From assembly GCA_045106895.1 (NCBI GenBank), contig JBGCFM010000160.1:1-64000 (forward strand): a DNA stretch of 64,000 nt. Direction: 5' to 3'. The position numbers were made by a program, and so were the translations under genes. Source of the DNA: Polyangiales bacterium. GTDB lineage: Bacteria; Myxococcota_A; Polyangia; Polyangiales; Houyiibacteriaceae. This document shows, one piece after another, positions 60,101 through 64,000 of this stretch (the first letter of the stretch is position 1; each line of letters begins with the position of its first letter). The notes under the pieces are model-generated. The model was given only the letters and a program-made list of their open reading frames with translations. It did no database searches and was not told the origin of the DNA.

Positions 60101-63034
60101 TCACGGGCTTTTGAGCGACTCAAGGTCCGCCGCGAGTTCGCTGAAGTGGATCGCGCCCATGGGTGCCAGGGGGCCGTTGACCTCCAATTCGACGATAAGA
60201 TGTTCCCGGACAACGGGCGCGCGTTTCTTGATCGCATCGTCCCAACGAAGGACTACGATCACCGAAGGGAGCGACTTGTGCGCGCGGTCAAAACTGGGCG
60301 GAGAATAGGGGCCCATGAGCGACCAACCTCGCTTGTCGAGGGACAGGATTTCGCCCGTCTTCGCTTGAGTGCCGACGACGCGCATAAGCTCAGCCCTGCG
60401 AGCATCCTCGCCGGTGACGCGAGAAACGACACGGCTGAGCTGAGCGAAGGGCTGTGCGATGTCGTAGTCTGTGAAGATCTGGGTCCAGCGCGCGACGGCG
60501 GCTGGCTGCATGTGCACGGGATGCGCGATTCGGATGCGCGCCTGCGGAGGGAGCGTGGTCTCTTCGTCGTCGCCGGTGGCGTAGGTGAGGTCTTCGCTGA
60601 CGCGAAACGTGGACAGAGGACGACCGTCGCTTCCTCCATAAGCAAAGACGAGGCGCCGCCCGAGGTGGCCGACAAGAGGATGTTTGACGATGTAGGCCTC
60701 GAACTCTGCGACGCTCCACGTTTGCATGCTCAGCATGTCGCGCCCCATGCGCTCGAGGAGCGCCCCCGAGAGCTTACGGGCGTTCTTCTTGAGCGTGGCC
60801 CACGTCGCTTTGGCTTGCTTGGCCAGAGCTTGGTCGTCGGTTTTGCGCACACTTGGAATCTTTGCGAGTCGGTCGCCTTTTGCGTCGTCGATGCACGGAC
60901 GGAGCACTTCATCGAAGGTCACGGTGAACTGGCGCGCGCCGTAGTCGAGGCTAAGCGTTCCCTTTTTGTCGAGGCCCAGCGTTGGTTCCGACTTGTCTTC
61001 AAGCAAGTCCGGGTCGATGCCGTGGCGTTCAGCGATGGTCTTCACGACCCGTTCGCTCCCGCGCTTGAGCCAGCTGGGGCCGTCGCGAGACCAGCGTTCA
61101 ACGGGAATGAGCGCGACTTTGCTGCCGATGGCGGCAAGGGCCTCAAGGCCGGCTAGGCCGATGACCTTACTCTTGTCTTCTCCCCAGGCGCCGATCTTCT
61201 CCACGAGCCAGCGTGCGCTCTCATCGTCCCCGAAGTACGTAAGGCCATGCATCGCCCACCTGCTTTTGGGACTGGCCCCGGCCGCCAACCAGGCCGTGCA
61301 GAGGCTACGGGCGAAGTCAGCGGCGGAAGCCGCGTCGAGGGCGTCTTTGACCTGCTCGATGCCGTGGTAGGCCTCGTCGGGTTCAGCGAAAGTCAGCATC
61401 TCCACGATGTGTAGGGTGCTCTCTTCTCTCAGGGGCTCACCGCTTCGCAAGCGCGGCCGTGGGAGTCGCTTCACATCGACCCAAGATGGGACCTTCGGCG
61501 GCTTCAAAGGTGCGTCAAAGAGCGGGTCAAGATCCACGAGGGCGCAGACGGCTTCTGCAACCTCGGCGCCATGCTCTTTCCCGTACCTCTCGCCGATGGC
61601 TTTGATGATGTCGCCCTTGCCCATTCGCACCATCCATCGCAGCGCCTGTCTGCCCGCTCGATTCCGTCTCGACGCGCTGCCGTAGGCATCCGGGATGAGC
61701 GCCGCCGCCGCATGGGCGGGAAACCCCAGCAACCACTGCCGCGCAACCCGCTTCGAGTCGGCGCGGAAGGCGTTGGCGGCGGTCTCGGCTCCGTGGGGCG
61801 GGCGCTCGCCTTCTCCGAACTTTTCGGTGGGGAGGTGGACGGGCGTGAGTTTGAAGCGGGTCCGGTCGGCCTTTCGTTTGGCCCGCCAAGGCGGCTCTCG
61901 CAGGACAGGCGGAAGCGATTCGACCCGTGCCGTTGCTTCTGTTGAGAACGGGGCTTCCGCTGTAGACGGCGCTTCCGCGCTCGGGAGGCTCTCAAGCAGG
62001 GCCCTGGCGGCTTCCAGGGATGCCTTGTGCTTCGTCGCTGCGATGAACTCCGGCAGAACGATTCTGCCGAGGTCTGGGTAACGACCCAAGTACTTTGCGA
62101 CAAGCGGCCGAACGGACTTGACGGCGATGAGACTCACCATGGCGCGCGCGGGCTGACGGCCGACAAAGACGCTGGCAACACGCACCCATTCACGCGCCCT
62201 TCGCTTTTCTTTCGCGCTCGGGATGCACTCCAAAAGACGAGGCAGGATATCGACGCCCACGCGCCAGATGAGCGTCGGCACGTGCGTGTAAAACTCCGGC
62301 TTCGAGTAGAGGTTCGGCAACGTCTTGGTCTCGTCAACGTGTGCCGGAAGGGCGACGACTCCCCAATCCGCGACGCCGGATTTGAGTGCCGCTTGTCGCA
62401 GGTCGACGTCTTCGCTGAGGACGAACGCCGCTCGCAAGCGCTGGACGCTGTCCGGCGCAAACTCTGCGGACCATGCGCGAAGCCAGGCGCGGGCTTCGTC
62501 GTAGGTATCCTCGCTTGCGTAGGCGAGGAGTCGCCTGAGCGCCTCCCAAGCCGTCTTCGGCCACTGGATGGCGCCTTTCGGGGTCTCCGGGAAGGAGAAG
62601 TAATAGTCAAAGTCGATCTCGCTGCAGCGAACGAGAGCTTTGGCGGTGGACACAACGCCATATTCTTGCGCCCAGAAGTACACCGCTCGCTCGAAGACCT
62701 CTTCGCGCTCATCCCCATACACATCGTGACCTGCGCTCAGTAGGATGCAGCCGGCTTCAAGGGTCGCGTCAAAGTTCTCTGGCTGGTCGCCCTTGAGTCG
62801 AGCACGGACCCGGGTCATCAGCTCACGGGCTGGTGGAGTAGCCAAGGCGTCCATGTCGGCCCAGCGTTGGAGGTTTCGCCCCAGGGCGGCGAGGCCGGTC
62901 ATGAACACCGAGCTTGGCTTGATGCGCGACGTGTCGCTCGTAGGCGCTTTCATTCCCCGATGCGGCAGGACGTCTTTTCTCAGCTCGTCCGTCCAGACGA
63001 TGTAGGTCTCCGAGTAGTCATTCGATCCGGTCAT
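60101..63034 (-). CDS. DUF4132 domain protein
   Basis: LDYGARQF, HPLVGHLGRRLVF, IRIAHPV, DYDIAQPFAQL. Confidence 0.82.
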   Translation of the reverse strand: MTGSNDYSETYIVWTDELRKDVLPHRGMKAPTSDTSRIKPSSVFMTGLAALGRNLQRWADMDALATPPARELMTRVRARLKGDQPENFDATLEAGCILLSAGHDVYGDEREEVFERAVYFWAQEYGVVSTAKALVRCSEIDFDYYFSFPETPKGAIQWPKTAWEALRRLLAYASEDTYDEARAWLRAWSAEFAPDSVQRLRAAFVLSEDVDLRQAALKSGVADWGVVALPAHVDETKTLPNLYSKPEFYTHVPTLIWRVGVDILPRLLECIPSAKEKRRAREWVRVASVFVGRQPARAMVSLIAVKSVRPLVAKYLGRYPDLGRIVLPEFIAATKHKASLEAARALLESLPSAEAPSTAEAPFSTEATARVESLPPVLREPPWRAKRKADRTRFKLTPVHLPTEKFGEGERPPHGAETAANAFRADSKRVARQWLLGFPAHAAAALIPDAYGSASRRNRAGRQALRWMVRMGKGDIIKAIGERYGKEHGAEVAEAVCALVDLDPLFDAPLKPPKVPSWVDVKRLPRPRLRSGEPLREESTLHIVEMLTFAEPDEAYHGIEQVKDALDAASAADFARSLCTAWLAAGASPKSRWAMHGLTYFGDDESARWLVEKIGAWGEDKSKVIGLAGLEALAAIGSKVALIPVERWSRDGPSWLKRGSERVVKTIAERHGIDPDLLEDKSEPTLGLDKKGTLSLDYGARQFTVTFDEVLRPCIDDAKGDRLAKIPSVRKTDDQALAKQAKATWATLKKNARKLSGALLERMGRDMLSMQTWSVAEFEAYIVKHPLVGHLGRRLVFAYGGSDGRPLSTFRVSEDLTYATGDDEETTLPPQARIRIAHPVHMQPAAVARWTQIFTDYDIAQPFAQLSRVVSRVTGEDARRAELMRVVGTQAKTGEILSLDKRGWSLMGPYSPPSFDRAHKSLPSVIVVLRWDDAIKKRAPVVREHLIVELEVNGPLAPMGAIHFSELAADLESLKSP

Positions 63035-63186
63035 CGGTTCTCCCTTGCCCAAAAATCCAAGGGGTTCGCCCTACACCCGGCGCCTTCTTGACTCAGGGGA
63101 AAGCACCCAAGCACAGCGTCTCGCCGCTTGTCTAGGGGGTCAGGGCAGCACTGGCGTGACCTGCGTATTTGGCTTAGAGCGCTGAC

Positions 63187-64000
63187 GTGTCTCGTCAGAA
63201 GAAGCTCATCGCGCTGATGTGGGTCGGCGCGGGTATCGCTGCGGTGGCCGTCTGGGCGTCGCGTCGCGGTGCGGACGCCATCGAGGAGCCGCGAGGCGCG
63301 CCCGGATCTCCGGTGATCGTCAGTGACGAAACCCCAGACTCCCCAAACGCCGAACTTCCACCGGCGAGCGGCGACGCACAGAGCCCGACGCAGTATCGCG
63401 GCGACGCGCGGCACTCGGGTCAGAGCCCGTTTCTTGGCCCGAGCGAAGGTGGCCTCGCGTGGCGCTTTGAGACGGAGGGCATCATCTCCGCGCAGGTCGT
63501 GGCGGATGAGCGCGGCTTTATCTACGTAGGCTCCCACGACCACTTTTTCTACGCGTTGGGCAATGGCGGCCGAGAGCGCTGGAAGCGCGACCTCGGCGAC
63601 CGAATCTACTCGACTGCGGCCATCGACGGCGAGGGCAATGTCTATGTCGGCAGTGATGCGGACGCCGTCTGGAGCTTTCGACGGAACGGGGACCAGCGCT
63701 GGCGCGTGGATGTCGATGGCGACGCGGACACGGGCATCGCGCTTGGTGAAGACGGCATCGTTTTTGGCGCCGGGCAGGCGCTTTGGTTCGTGGAATTCGA
63801 CGGCACGGTTCGCTGGCGGAAGGGCCTCGGCGGAAAGATCTTCGCGACGCCATCCATCGACGCAGACGGCAACATCTACGTCGGTTGCCAGGACGACCAC
63901 ATGTACAGCTTTGCGCCCGATGGTGAGCAGCGCTGGGTCTACCGGACGAACGACGACAACGACGCGAGCCCGATGCTCGACGAAGACGGCAATATCTACT
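63187..64000 (+). CDS. PQQ-like beta-propeller (BamB-like) protein, truncated by the window end
   Basis: Open frame read by hand from GTG 63187 (absent from the ORF track because it has no stop): N-terminal TM, repeats such as G.IYVGSHD..YAL..G.ERW. Confidence 0.85.
   Translation, partial: MSRQKKLIALMWVGAGIAAVAVWASRRGADAIEEPRGAPGSPVIVSDETPDSPNAELPPASGDAQSPTQYRGDARHSGQSPFLGPSEGGLAWRFETEGIISAQVVADERGFIYVGSHDHFFYALGNGGRERWKRDLGDRIYSTAAIDGEGNVYVGSDADAVWSFRRNGDQRWRVDVDGDADTGIALGEDGIVFGAGQALWFVEFDGTVRWRKGLGGKIFATPSIDADGNIYVGCQDDHMYSFAPDGEQRWVYRTNDDNDASPMLDEDGNIY

Noticed and set aside
63031..63900. 289-aa minus-strand ORF
   Set aside because: Shadow of the plus-strand PQQ-like beta-propeller gene that runs off the window

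Overview
GC-rich bacterial chromosomal window. The gene content (Ser/Thr kinases, many Cys-rich lipoproteins, MYXO-CTERM-like tail, multi-domain DsbA) and the 16S sequence point to Myxococcota, probably Polyangia/Sandaracinaceae-like; this is inference, no search was run. It opens with a complete rRNA operon (16S, tRNA-Ile, tRNA-Ala, 23S, 5S) followed by about 55 CDSs. Housekeeping genes include uvrD/pcrA, PBP1A, trmH-like, rsmG, rpmH-rnpA-yidC-jag and radC; the rest are signalling genes and lipoproteins. The most interesting locus is 21.3-24.1 kb: a Ro60/TROVE-like vWA protein translationally coupled to an ARPP-2-like/Fis-HTH protein, directly preceded by a roughly 88-nt element whose 5' and 3' ends pair in a bulged helix, as in Y RNAs. 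This is a candidate RNA-protein surveillance or repair system. Other oddities are an orphan tail-less FtsZ paralogue with the T7-loop catalytic Asp replaced by His, a TerB-phosphoglycosyltransferase fusion, an NsrR-like regulator facing a truncated-haemoglobin/DUF1971 fusion across a palindromic operator, a stand-alone RapZ-C (CX5R) protein, and a broken-up origin-region gene cluster. No CRISPR array, transposase or prophage was seen. All domain calls come from motif recognition by eye.
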